From the NCBI GenBank assembly GCA_050506795.1, contig JBJHCF010000018.1, positions 26,331 to 90,330 on the forward strand: a stretch of DNA of 64,000 nucleotides, in the 5' to 3' direction. Below the pieces are notes generated by a model. That model had not been told where the DNA came from. It ran no database searches and saw nothing but the letters and a program-made list of their open reading frames with translations. Positions 8,948-18,505 of the stretch are shown here, one piece after another; position 1 is the first letter of the stretch; each line of letters starts with the position of its first letter. The translations under genes and the position numbers were made by a program. The stretch is from Opitutia bacterium. GTDB taxonomy: Bacteria > Verrucomicrobiota > Verrucomicrobiia > Opitutales > T3Sed10-336.

Positions 8948-9985
8948 ATGTACCTGCGCTCTTTAGCCACCGCGGTTCCGCCGGAAGCCTTCACTCAGAA
9001 CGAGTGCTGGGACATCCTGCGCGCCTCCGACGTGGGAACCCGGCTGAACGCCCGCTCGATGTCGATCCTGCGGAAAGTGCTCACCGCCGACAACGGCATC
9101 GATCGTCGTCACTTCGCCACCCCGGACATCGAAAACATCTTCGACCGCGACGTCGACGCCCTCAACGAAACCTTTCGCCGCGAAGCCCCGCTTCTGGCCG
9201 GCCGCGCCCTGGCCGACGCCCTGGAACGCGCCTCCCTGCGGGCGGAGGACCTCGACGCCCTTTTGATCTGCACCTGCACCGGTTACCTTTGTCCAGGCCT
9301 GACCAGCTACGTGGCGGAAGCGCTCGGCCTGCGGCCGGACGCCTACCTGCAGGATCTGGTCGGACTCGGATGCGGCGCCGCCATTCCCACCCTTCGCGCC
9401 GCCGGCAACGTCCTCGCCGCCCAGCCGGAGGCCCGTGTCGCCACGGTGGCGGTGGAAATCTGTTCGGCGGCTTTTTACCTCGACGACGATCCCGGCGTCC
9501 TCATCAGCGCCTGCCTGTTCTCCGACGGCGCCGCCGCCGCCATCTGGACCGGCCACCCCCACCAGGAGACCACTCCCTTACGAGCCCACGACTTTCAGAC
9601 CCTTCACCGGCCGGCGGACCGGGAACTCCTCCGCTTTGAAACCAAGGGCGGCAAGCTGCGCAATAAACTGGCCAAAACCGTGCCGGGAAAAGCAGCCCAG
9701 GCCGTGGCCGAACTTTTTCCCAACCACGGCGCTCCTCCTCCCGGCCGGGTGCTCGTCCACCCCGGCGGACGCGACGTCCTGCTCGCCATCCACGACACCG
9801 TGCCCGCGGGCGACCTCGCGGAGAGCCACTCCGTCCTCCGGCGTCACGGCAACATGAGCAGCCCCAGCATCCTTTTTGTCCTGGAAGAATCCCTCGCCTC
9901 GCCCTCCCCCGCGAACGACCTCTGGCTCGTCGCCTTCGGCGCCGGCTTCTCCTGCCACAGTTGCCGCCTCAGCACACCAACCTAA
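8948..9985 (+). CDS. Type III polyketide synthase (chalcone/stilbene synthase family)
   Basis: CTCTGYLCPGL, catalytic Cys in GLGCGAA, His in VHPGG, Asn in GNMSS, FGAGF. Confidence 0.92.
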   Translation: MYLRSLATAVPPEAFTQNECWDILRASDVGTRLNARSMSILRKVLTADNGIDRRHFATPDIENIFDRDVDALNETFRREAPLLAGRALADALERASLRAEDLDALLICTCTGYLCPGLTSYVAEALGLRPDAYLQDLVGLGCGAAIPTLRAAGNVLAAQPEARVATVAVEICSAAFYLDDDPGVLISACLFSDGAAAAIWTGHPHQETTPLRAHDFQTLHRPADRELLRFETKGGKLRNKLAKTVPGKAAQAVAELFPNHGAPPPGRVLVHPGGRDVLLAIHDTVPAGDLAESHSVLRRHGNMSSPSILFVLEESLASPSPANDLWLVAFGAGFSCHSCRLSTPT

Positions 9986-10111
9986 AACGGCTAGCGAGAA
10001 CCAAGGCCCGCCCTTCAACCACAAAGCCCACGACGAGAAGCGGCACCGAACTCAATTTGATTTCCCCAACCAAGAACTAAGAACTAGGTACCAAGAACCC
10101 AAAACCGCCCC

Positions 10112-10777
10112 CTACATCCGATGGGCGTGAAAGAGGGCGTGCAGGTCGTCGATTTCCAATTCGTCCAGTCGATCGACCACCCGGTCGGCGCCCCTAAGGG
10201 ACTCGCGCGGGTGGGTGCTGGTGACCGCCACCACCCGCATGCCCGCGGCCCGCGCCGCGTGGATGCCGACATGCGCATCTTCGAAAACCACGCACTCGTC
10301 CGGGTTCGCGCCGATGCGGCGGGCGCAAACCTGAAACACCTCAGGGTCCGGTTTTCCCCGGGAGACGTCTTCCGCCGTGACCAGGTCGGTAAAAAAGGAC
10401 GCCACTCCCAGCCGTTCGAGCGTCGTCGTGATATTGAGGCGCTGGGTGGAGGACCCGATCACACAGGAAATTCCCGCCTCGGCCAATCTTTCCAGGAATG
10501 GCTTCACCCCGGGAAGCGGTTCAATGCCGCGCTCGGCGACGATCTCCCGGTACAACTCCTCCTTGCGGAGCGACCAACGCCCGATCTCCTCCGGATCCTC
10601 GGTCCAGCACAGCAGTTCGGGAATAATGACCTCGTTCTTCATACCGAAGCTGCGCTCGAAATGCCTCTCCGGCAACGGCCGTCCAATCTCCGCCGCCAGC
10701 CGTTCCCAGCTCTCCTCGTGCGGCCCGGACGAATCCACCACCACCCCGTCCCAATCAAATATGGCTCCAATCTTCAT
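10112..10777 (-). CDS. HAD family phosphatase (beta-phosphoglucomutase-like)
   Basis: FDWDGVVVDS, GKPDPEVF, VFEDA..GI.AA..AGM. Start at MKIGAIF (10777). Confidence 0.92.
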   Translation of the reverse strand: MKIGAIFDWDGVVVDSSGPHEESWERLAAEIGRPLPERHFERSFGMKNEVIIPELLCWTEDPEEIGRWSLRKEELYREIVAERGIEPLPGVKPFLERLAEAGISCVIGSSTQRLNITTTLERLGVASFFTDLVTAEDVSRGKPDPEVFQVCARRIGANPDECVVFEDAHVGIHAARAAGMRVVAVTSTHPRESLRGADRVVDRLDELEIDDLHALFHAHRM

Positions 10778-10883
10778 TGATGTAAAAAAACCATCCTCCC
10801 AAACGACACCCCACCGTGGCAATAGCCAACCGCAAATGGCAACGTTAAGATTCCGCAACATCCAACAGGTCCCGTGTTAGGGC

Positions 10884-11306
10884 GAATGACACGGTTAAGC
10901 AGAATGCTACTCGGTTAGGGCCGTTGATCGAGGCAGCGTAGTCCTGCTTTCGCGAGTTCACCCAAAACCACGCCCGGTTTTAAAGCATTGCTGAACTGTG
11001 AAGATTCTCACACGGAGCCACGGAGCTCACGGAGGAGGGGCCGGTTGAACTCTCCGTGTCTCCGTGCCTCCGTGTGAGTCCAATTCCGCGGTATTTTTTA
11101 CTTCATCAAACGATAAAACGCCTTAACCGTGCCATTCCGGTTAAGCAGGTTCATCATTCGAGAAACCGAATCCAAATCGGAATCGCTCCTCTGCTTCCTG
11201 GAGGGCGGCCATGCGGGAGCATGGCCCTCCAGGGGAACAGCCGATGCGACTTCAATTCGGTTAAGCCAAAGCGACTTCGATCCAAAGCCTTAACCGAGCG
11301 CCATTC
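10884..11306. mobile_element. Nested IS4-like MITEs: type B element (10902-11137) inserted in the end of a type A element
   Basis: Inner element GAATGCTACTCGGTTAG...CTTAACCGTGCCATTC is flanked by the exact direct repeat CGGTTAAGCA (10892-10901, 11138-11147); outer ends GAATGACACGGTTAAG and CTTAACCGAGCGCCATTC. Confidence 0.85.
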
Positions 11307-11309
11307 GCC

Positions 11310-11591
11310 TTAGTAATGATATTTCGCTTGAAGAAAATCCACCTTGTTTTCGTAAACACGATAAACCAAGCGATCTTCTTGAGTAATACGACGAGACCAA
11401 ATATTCCCGGGCAAATGCTTTAGAGGCTCAGGCTTACCCTTTCCCTCGAAAGGCGTTTTCAAAACCTCCTCCATCATATCCAGGATCTTCTTCGTGATCT
11501 TTCTATCCAGCTGGATCCACTCTCCGAGGTCCTCTCTGAATTGTTTCTGAACAATACAAACGCGCGCTTCTTCTCTATCTCGAATCGCCAT
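11310..11591 (-). CDS. yoeB: Txe/YoeB family toxin
   Basis: PFEGKGKPEPLKH...WSRRITQEDRLVY.V.....FLQAKYHY. Confidence 0.95.
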   Translation of the reverse strand: MAIRDREEARVCIVQKQFREDLGEWIQLDRKITKKILDMMEEVLKTPFEGKGKPEPLKHLPGNIWSRRITQEDRLVYRVYENKVDFLQAKYHY

Positions 11592-11853
11592 CCAAATCCT
11601 TGCGCAGATCCTTCACCGCCACAACGGCACCTTCCTGCTCAAAAGAAGCCATTAACGCCTCCAGCAACCTCCGCGCGTTTTTCGGCGATCTGAGCAAATG
11701 CGCGGTTTCCTGGAGGCTCTCCAATTCAGCGGCGGGCAACATAACAACGTCCTCCGCCCCGCGACGGTGAATCCGCAGCGTTTCACGATTATCCACCACT
11801 TTGTCCCACAACGACGCGAAGTTTGCTCTGGTTTCCGAATAGGTTGCTTCCAT
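11575..11853 (-). CDS. yefM: Phd/YefM antitoxin
   Basis: MEATYSETRANFASLWDKV...ESLQETAHLLRSPKNARRL; overlaps yoeB. Confidence 0.93.
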   Translation of the reverse strand: MEATYSETRANFASLWDKVVDNRETLRIHRRGAEDVVMLPAAELESLQETAHLLRSPKNARRLLEALMASFEQEGAVVAVKDLRKDLDGDSR

Positions 11854-11856
11854 AAC

Positions 11857-11873
11857 GTACAGGACACTTGTAC
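11857..11873. promoter_or_regulatory. Putative YefM-YoeB autoregulatory operator
   Basis: GTACA-GGACACT-TGTAC inverted repeat immediately upstream of the yefM ATG; TGTAC cores are typical of yefM operators. Confidence 0.6.
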
Positions 11874-11981
11874 AACATTGCCCTCCTGTCAAATCACAAA
11901 AGCGCCCCGAGGCACCGAGACCCGCACGGAGTTTGACCACGCCGGACGACCCATTACGGCCATCCCTGAAAACCAAAATGC

Positions 11982-12785
11982 CTATTGCCGGAAAACCGAT
12001 TCCAGCGAAGGAGCATCTAGAATCGCCTCGCCCCATTGCTCAAGCTGGTCGGTCGTGGCTTCTTCCAGGAAGCGACAAACCCATTCGGGAAGCGGACCGA
12101 ACCGGCGGATGAGTTGACGCTCTAACAGCAGACGTTCCCCTTTCAGGCGCCCTTCCAAGCGTCCTTCCTGACGTCCCTCCTGGCGAAACTGTTGTTCGAG
12201 TGTCATAGCCGTTTGCCGAATGCGTTCATCTTTTACCATTTTAATCCTCCCGAAAAAGGCCGGTTTGTCAAGGTCGGCGGCGGAGGCGATGTAGCGCAGG
12301 ATCTGCTCGAAGAGGTCCATGGATGCCTTGCCTACGAGGTCCTCGTCCCAGACCGGATCATCAAGCAACATGCCGAGGCGTTCGGCTTTCATGACCCGCA
12401 GGGTGAGTATCCCGGCCGGGGTGCCGACCATAAGCGTGGTGAACAGCAGGTCGCTTTCGGAAGAGCGATACTGAGAGTCGATGAAGGACCCGGGATCGAG
12501 TTTCAGGGTGTCCCAATGGATTAGCAGGAATAGCACGGTTAAGGCGGCATTGTTTGGTGAAGCAAAAAAATACAGCAGGAACTGGACTCACACGGAGGCA
12601 CAGAGACACGGAGAGTTCAACCGGCCCCACCTCCGTGAGTTCTCGCCGGCCTGAGCTCGTCGAGGGCGTGACTCCGTGTGAGAACCTTCACAGTTCAGCA
12701 ATGCTTTAACACCGGGCGTGGTGGCTGGATCGCTGAAACTCCGCTTGAAGAGCTTGTCGTGGGGGTTGTGAGGTGGGTGTTCCAT
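11982..12785 (-). pseudogene. Rpn/YhgA-like recombination-promoting nuclease (putative transposase) with DUF4351-like C-terminus, disrupted
   Basis: N-terminus HNPHDKLFKRSFSDPA is separated by a MITE (12528-12725) from IHWDTLKLDPGSFID...SDLLF, which joins directly to GTPAGILTLR (the FEHQS catalytic region is missing); C-terminus EGRQEG...LERQLIRRFGPLP...QLEQWGEAILDAPSLESVF. Confidence 0.85.
12528..12725. mobile_element. IS4-like MITE (type B cargo, one TIR) interrupting the Rpn gene
   Basis: Starts GAATAGCACGGTTAAG; body is a reverse-complement homolog of 10902-11137 and a direct homolog of 32297-32557. Confidence 0.8.
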
Positions 12786-13037
12786 GGAACGCATGAAGCC
12801 GGGGTTGTGGAGATCATGGGCATCTCGCCAAGTGAATCAATCACCGAAATCGACTATCACTACGGATGCGCGGGCGACGCCGGCGATGCCCTGATCTCGC
12901 CCCACGTCCCTATCTGCTGTTGAAGATAGGTTCTTTGTTCTGGATCATCGGACTTCGACGAGCTCAGGCGAGCACGGAAGCGCCGATCCCGACGCGGAGA
13001 GTTTTCGAGAACCCCACCCTCATCATTGGACCTACGG

Positions 13038-14480
13038 TCACAGATTCGCCTGGGTCACCAACCCCGTCTCGGTGATGCGGCAGGATTCCTGGTAGGTTTC
13101 GTAGTCCGCGTTGACACCCCACAAATCGTTTTCAGCGCCTGAAACGACGTTCTCCGCCGCCAGCATGCCCATGAGAATGGAGTGGTCCTGATTGTTGTAT
13201 TTGAACGCGCCATAGCGCCCGATGGCTTGCAGCCCTTTGACGCTTCGCAAATAGTCCTCCACCGGCGCCAGTGCTTCACGGTATCCCCGCCGGTAGACCG
13301 GATAACATTTCGGAATGCGAATGACATGGCCGCGGTTTATCGCCGACTCTTCGGTCACCAGACCGGTTTTCAGCAGTTCCGACCTGGCGCGGGCGATAAG
13401 GGAGTCGTCGGCTTCAGCCCACAACGCGTCGCCGTTATTACACCAATACTCCATAACCAGAATCGTGTTTTCCGAATCCCCGAGGAGTTGCGGCACCCAG
13501 TTGTGAAAATTCGTGATCCGTCCCGTCAGCAAATCGGGACTGTGCACATACAACCAGTTGTCCCGGCATACGTCTCCGGCCGTAACCTCAAGATAGACCA
13601 GAACGGTATTTCGAAACGTCAACCTTCGGGCGGCCTCCAGAACACTTTCGGGCGCCTCCGGGAGCCGGGACACCAGTGCGGTCAATGGCATCGAGGAGAT
13701 AACCTCGTCGTAAGCTCGAAACCCTTCGTCGGGCAGGTCGATTCCTTTCACGGCTCCGCTTTCGGTCACCACTCGTTCCACCGGAGTCCGCAAGTGTACC
13801 CGTCCGCCCATTTTCGTCACGGCCTCAGCCATTCGCTCGTACACCATGCCGGTGCCTCCGGTGGGATAAGCGAACTGGTCCACCAGCGTTCGGTGGGTGT
13901 TGGACCCGGAAAAAATCGCGTTTTTGAGCGCCTCGGACAGGGAAAACTTCTTGATTCGCTGCGCGGCGAAATCGGCGTCCAATTCGTCGCAGCCGATCCC
14001 CCAAAGCTTTTCGCTGTAACTCTGGAAAAAAATTTCGAACAACCGACTCCCGAACCTCCGTTTCACCCAAGCCTCGAAACTCCCGTCTTCGGTAGTGGGA
14101 CTCACTTGTTCCCAGGCGTAGGCGATCACGCAGCGCGCCGCCTCCACCGGCCCCAACTTGCGCAAAGCCTCAGCGGCCTGGAGCGGATAATGAAAATACC
14201 GGCGCCGGTAGAGGATGCGCGTCAAGCGATCCACCATGGCGTAATCGTTGCCCACCACCTCCAGCCAAAGCTCGTTTACCCGCCGGTCCTGACTGAAAAA
14301 ACGGTGCGGCCCCAGGTCGACCGTCTGCCCCCAAAGCTTTATCGACCGAGCCAGCCCTCCCACGGCGTCCGAGGCCTCGTAGACGTCCACCGGCGTCCCC
14401 GCCTTCGCCAATTGATAAGCCGCCGTCAATCCCGCCGGCACCGCCCCGATCACAGCGACCTTCTTTTTAGTGTTTCTCAT
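13038..14480 (-). CDS. FAD-dependent oxidoreductase, UDP-galactopyranose mutase-like / protoporphyrinogen oxidase-like family
   Basis: Rossmann-like VAVIGAVPAGLTAA, DLGPHRFFS, YSEKLWG, GRYGAFKYNNQDHS. Start at MRNTKKK (14480). Confidence 0.85.
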   Translation of the reverse strand: MRNTKKKVAVIGAVPAGLTAAYQLAKAGTPVDVYEASDAVGGLARSIKLWGQTVDLGPHRFFSQDRRVNELWLEVVGNDYAMVDRLTRILYRRRYFHYPLQAAEALRKLGPVEAARCVIAYAWEQVSPTTEDGSFEAWVKRRFGSRLFEIFFQSYSEKLWGIGCDELDADFAAQRIKKFSLSEALKNAIFSGSNTHRTLVDQFAYPTGGTGMVYERMAEAVTKMGGRVHLRTPVERVVTESGAVKGIDLPDEGFRAYDEVISSMPLTALVSRLPEAPESVLEAARRLTFRNTVLVYLEVTAGDVCRDNWLYVHSPDLLTGRITNFHNWVPQLLGDSENTILVMEYWCNNGDALWAEADDSLIARARSELLKTGLVTEESAINRGHVIRIPKCYPVYRRGYREALAPVEDYLRSVKGLQAIGRYGAFKYNNQDHSILMGMLAAENVVSGAENDLWGVNADYETYQESCRITETGLVTQANL

Positions 14481-14566
14481 GGGGTTGGGGTATATGGAAG
14501 TCCTGAAACGCCGACCCGCAGAAATACAAATCACTGGGCCTCATCGCTCACTATCACCGCCGCATT

Positions 14567-16432
14567 TCACTCGACGCTTTGCCAGGCGACGCGTTTCAAT
14601 TTGAATGCGGAATCTTCCTTCAGGAACGAGTCCACCGGCACAAAAGCCAGGAAGACGACCTGTACGCCGTACCGGTATCGACTTTTCTCCGGTCCGGAAA
14701 AGACCAATCGACGTCCCTCCGGAAGAGGCTCAACCGATTCCAACTGCAGTTCCTCCAGGCCGATCCTGGCTCTGATTGAAGCGAAGTCCTCGTCAGACAA
14801 AGCCTCACCTTCGGCCGAGGCCACATGTAGGATCAAATGCTTGGGGTCACTGACGAAAAGCACCACCAGGGCATCCGTCGCGCCGGTCTGCCGATTCCAC
14901 CCCCTGCCATTTTGTCCGAACCCTGTACCCAATGGAACGGGTCCCTCCAGGGCATACTCCGCCGGAAGCGATGCGGCCTCCGGGTTGCCCGGCAACTCGG
15001 AGAATACTGCGTCTCTCGTCAGCACTGGAGTCTGAGGAAAATAATGGCCGCCGCTGAACACCTGAACGCCCCACCAAGCGGCAAAACCCGTCGCCACGAA
15101 CATCTGCAAACGGGGTTTCCACGCATGTCGCTTGACGGCGATATCCCTAATCACGTACACGGCCCCCGCGAGAGCGACCGCGATTCCTGGAGCGAAATCG
15201 AGGATATAGCGTGACGACATGGCGTGGAAATCCAGGTAAAATACGGCGATGGGCAGCACGCCCGCCAGGGACCAAACCACTGCCAAAGTGCTTTCGTTCC
15301 AGACCACCCCCTTTTTGCGGAAAATCCCTGCAGCCGCTTTCGAAATACCTGCAATCCAAGCGATAGCAAGAAGGACCAGAAACGAGACATCAAAGGTCGT
15401 GTGATAAAAGTGCCGCCAACGCGGGGTCGCGGACTGAAGGGGAACCACGTCTTCATTGTAAACCGCCCAACCGTTCAGATCACGAACCAAAAACGTCGAC
15501 CCAAAGAGTTCCTTGGCGGCGGCCAGGATCGATTCCGAATGATACGGGGCTCCAAACCGGGAAGCGTACATCAGGTCCAACCCGCTCAGATTCAGTTTGT
15601 GACCGAATTCGAATCCCGATCCGAAACGCAAACTATTGGTCAGGAACAGAAGACCGACTCCCGCCCCGAAAAGCGCCAGCCCGCCGATTAGCCACCCCCA
15701 TTCCCCCCGACGGCCACCGCCCCGGCCGTCGTCCGCATCTTCCCTCGATTTCCGCAGAATCAAAAAAGCGAGCACCACCGTCGCGAACCCGTAGGCGAGC
15801 ATCGGCGGACGAAAAAAACCCGCCAAACCACCGGCCAGACAAAGCGGCACGAAATACCGCACGCACGGTCGCCAGCGAAACGCCATAAGGCCTGCGAACA
15901 GGCCGACACTGTAGAGATAACCGTAGGCCACCACCTCTTCGTAGACCTTGAACGGTCCGTTTAGCAGCGTTACAAGCGGTGGAAACGCGATCAGCCCCAC
16001 GACAACGATGATCTCCTCGGGATGCGCTTTCATCCTACCCACCCACTCCGAAATCGATGCTGTACTTGGGGAACCGGTAAATATGGCGAAAATCAAATAG
16101 GCAAACACGGCAAAAGCGGCGAGTAATGCGATTCTGTCGGGAAACATGGTTTCCCCGAACAATCTGGCGGTTGCCTCGAACAGCAAACGCCACGTCGGCA
16201 CCCCCAACCCCCACACCTGATGCACCCCGCCTTCGGCCCAAACATGGTCGTGCGGCACTTGAGCCGGCGACTCCGAAAGCGCCAGTCGTCCCTCGAAAAA
16301 CGCGTCCGTCTGCCATCTGTGCTCCACACTCGGCGAATACCATTCTCCCCAATTGGGAATCAAACCCGTGCCGACCGCCAGCAATACCGCAAATGCGGCG
16401 GCGAAGTAGACCCACAATAGGCGAATCGTCAT
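14567..16432 (-). CDS. Polytopic membrane protein, putative GT-C fold glycosyltransferase (paralog 1)
   Basis: Many TM segments; QVWGLGVP.WR..FE, FPDR.AL, YEE, RP, N..RFG..FEFGH, RY..DF.PG; soluble C-terminal domain. Confidence 0.6.
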   Translation of the reverse strand: MTIRLLWVYFAAAFAVLLAVGTGLIPNWGEWYSPSVEHRWQTDAFFEGRLALSESPAQVPHDHVWAEGGVHQVWGLGVPTWRLLFEATARLFGETMFPDRIALLAAFAVFAYLIFAIFTGSPSTASISEWVGRMKAHPEEIIVVVGLIAFPPLVTLLNGPFKVYEEVVAYGYLYSVGLFAGLMAFRWRPCVRYFVPLCLAGGLAGFFRPPMLAYGFATVVLAFLILRKSREDADDGRGGGRRGEWGWLIGGLALFGAGVGLLFLTNSLRFGSGFEFGHKLNLSGLDLMYASRFGAPYHSESILAAAKELFGSTFLVRDLNGWAVYNEDVVPLQSATPRWRHFYHTTFDVSFLVLLAIAWIAGISKAAAGIFRKKGVVWNESTLAVVWSLAGVLPIAVFYLDFHAMSSRYILDFAPGIAVALAGAVYVIRDIAVKRHAWKPRLQMFVATGFAAWWGVQVFSGGHYFPQTPVLTRDAVFSELPGNPEAASLPAEYALEGPVPLGTGFGQNGRGWNRQTGATDALVVLFVSDPKHLILHVASAEGEALSDEDFASIRARIGLEELQLESVEPLPEGRRLVFSGPEKSRYRYGVQVVFLAFVPVDSFLKEDSAFKLKRVAWQSVE

Positions 16433-16594
16433 ATTGTTTCCTTCCCAATAGGTAATTGCGACGAACTTGCCGGGCGACGTTGATCTTCGCGCGGAGCCGG
16501 AGGGACGCCGAAAACTTTGTGAGCAAAAAATATCCGCGCCTCCGCACGGGTCACCCTTCGATCGATTTCCCTATGAAGAACAAAATCCATCACA

Positions 16595-18505
16595 TCAAAG
16601 CTCCTCCCATTCCACCCGAAGCAGCTGGAATGGCGAGTCTCCGTCGGTCGCCGTTTCAGCGGCAACGAACCCGAGAAAACAAGTCTGAATCCCTTGGCGA
16701 TAAACCCCGCGCTTCGGGCCCTCGAAGACCAATCGACGGCCCTCCGGTATCACCTCTATGGATGATCGCCGGAGAAACTCCAGTCCGACTTTCGCTCGAA
16801 TGATCTCATAGTCCTCCGGCGCCAATTCACCGCCGCCCTCCGCCGGAGCCACCTCGATTTCCAGTCGCGCCACCGCCGGCACGAACAGCGTCACAGCGGC
16901 TTTGGTTTGTCCGGTCTCGAGATCCCATCCGGCTCCGTTGAAAGGCGGCCAACGCGAATCCACCTCCATCCCAGCGACATACGAGTCCGGCAGTCCTTCG
17001 AATGGGGTTTGCGGTTCGGCAACGTTTAACCGTGCCGCGACCTGTTCAGCGCGCAAGACGGGCCCGGCTGGAAAGGCGCCATCGCCGGTGAACACCTGCC
17101 ACCCCCACCACCCCGCAAAGGCGATCAGTATGATGGCGACACTTCGCCGCCCTGAGCCGATTCGTCGCCTCAAGGATTCCGCCGCCAAAAAGACGAACGC
17201 CGACAGGCCCACGGCAAACGCCGGTCCGAAATCCAGCAGATACCTGGAGGCAAGAAACGGCCCGCGCAGGTAAAAGACGAAGATCGGCACCGCCGCCAAC
17301 AGCATCCAAAGAATCATCAGGTCCGTCTCCGACCAAAGCCTCCCACCCCAAACTCCCCGCCCCTCCGCTTCTCCCACTTCCCTCTTCCCCGCATCCCCGG
17401 CTCTCCCACGCTCCCGGTTCCCAATTCCACCACTCTCTTTGCCTTTCACCTTTCTCAAGATTGCCAGTCCCAAAGCGCCGGCCAGCATCAAGGCAAAAGT
17501 CGGATCATACGTGGTAAAATAGTACTCCCGCCAACGGTGGGTGGAAGATTGCCATACGTGAAAATCTTGCTCATACCACCCGTATCCGTTGAAAGAGTTT
17601 CCGATCAAAAACAAACCGGCGCCCAACTCGGCGGCGGCCGAGTGCAAGGGTTCCGAACGCATGGGGTGATCGAATCGGCTCGTGTAGCGCATCGAATCAA
17701 CGGTGTTTAAATTGGTGGCGTGACCGAATTCCAGGCCCGATCCGAATCGGTGCGCGTTGCTTACGAATAACAGCGTGCAACCCAGTCCGAACAGAACAAC
17801 TCCCGCCACCAACCGGTGCCACCGCCACCCTATATGCCAGGCCAAGAATAACGCTATAAGAAGCGATGCCACGCTGTAGGCCAAAAGCGTCGGACGTACG
17901 AAAGGCGCCACTCCGGCCAAAAGCGCAAGTCCAAGAAACACCGGTACCGTGCGTCGCCTGTAAAACCACAACGTAAAGGCGAACAATCCCACTCCCGCCA
18001 AGAAACTGTACGCCGCCGCTTCCTCGTAAACGACAAACCGGAACCGCGTCATGGTCAGCAGTGGCGGAAACAGCACCAGCAGTGCAAAAACGCAGATTCT
18101 TTCCGGGCGCTCTTTCAGCCACGCGACGGGATGAACCGGCTTCGAAGGAATGAGATACAGCCGAAGGATGCCGAACGCCACCAAGGCCCATGCGGCGCCC
18201 AGAGCCAGCCGGTCCGGGAACGCGGGCTGACCCGCCAACCTCGCCATCGCCTCGAAGGGCAAACGCCACGCCGGCACACCGAGTCCCCAGGGCTGCTGCG
18301 CCTTTTCGGCGAACCAGACCTCATCCCAGCCGATCCGCCGGACATCCGCCCCGACAGCCAGCGTCCCTTCAAGGAAAGCCTCGGTTTGCCCACGATAAGC
18401 AAGATAGTCCGAATACCACAGCCCCCAATCCAGAACCAGTCCGGTGGCTACCAGGATACCTGCCGCGATCACGACCGCCAAATATACCGCGCTGAGATTC
18501 CTCAT
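16595..18505 (-). CDS. Polytopic membrane protein, putative GT-C fold glycosyltransferase (paralog 2)
   Basis: Same motif set (QPWGLGVPAWRLPFE, FPDRLAL, YEEAAAY, NAHRFGSGLEFGH, RYLLDFGP); ATGA overlap with the upstream oxidoreductase. Confidence 0.6.
   Translation of the reverse strand: MRNLSAVYLAVVIAAGILVATGLVLDWGLWYSDYLAYRGQTEAFLEGTLAVGADVRRIGWDEVWFAEKAQQPWGLGVPAWRLPFEAMARLAGQPAFPDRLALGAAWALVAFGILRLYLIPSKPVHPVAWLKERPERICVFALLVLFPPLLTMTRFRFVVYEEAAAYSFLAGVGLFAFTLWFYRRRTVPVFLGLALLAGVAPFVRPTLLAYSVASLLIALFLAWHIGWRWHRLVAGVVLFGLGCTLLFVSNAHRFGSGLEFGHATNLNTVDSMRYTSRFDHPMRSEPLHSAAAELGAGLFLIGNSFNGYGWYEQDFHVWQSSTHRWREYYFTTYDPTFALMLAGALGLAILRKVKGKESGGIGNRERGRAGDAGKREVGEAEGRGVWGGRLWSETDLMILWMLLAAVPIFVFYLRGPFLASRYLLDFGPAFAVGLSAFVFLAAESLRRRIGSGRRSVAIILIAFAGWWGWQVFTGDGAFPAGPVLRAEQVAARLNVAEPQTPFEGLPDSYVAGMEVDSRWPPFNGAGWDLETGQTKAAVTLFVPAVARLEIEVAPAEGGGELAPEDYEIIRAKVGLEFLRRSSIEVIPEGRRLVFEGPKRGVYRQGIQTCFLGFVAAETATDGDSPFQLLRVEWEEL

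Noticed and set aside
11910..11965. RHS/YD-like peptide TRTEFDHAGRPITAI on the plus strand
   Set aside because: A single short match inside a shadow ORF; could be chance.
13182..15035. Long antisense ORFs (617 aa here; also 3366-4649, 7537-8994, 34169-35332, 62592-63749)
   Set aside because: They lie opposite better-supported genes, lack motifs, and are expected in high-GC DNA.
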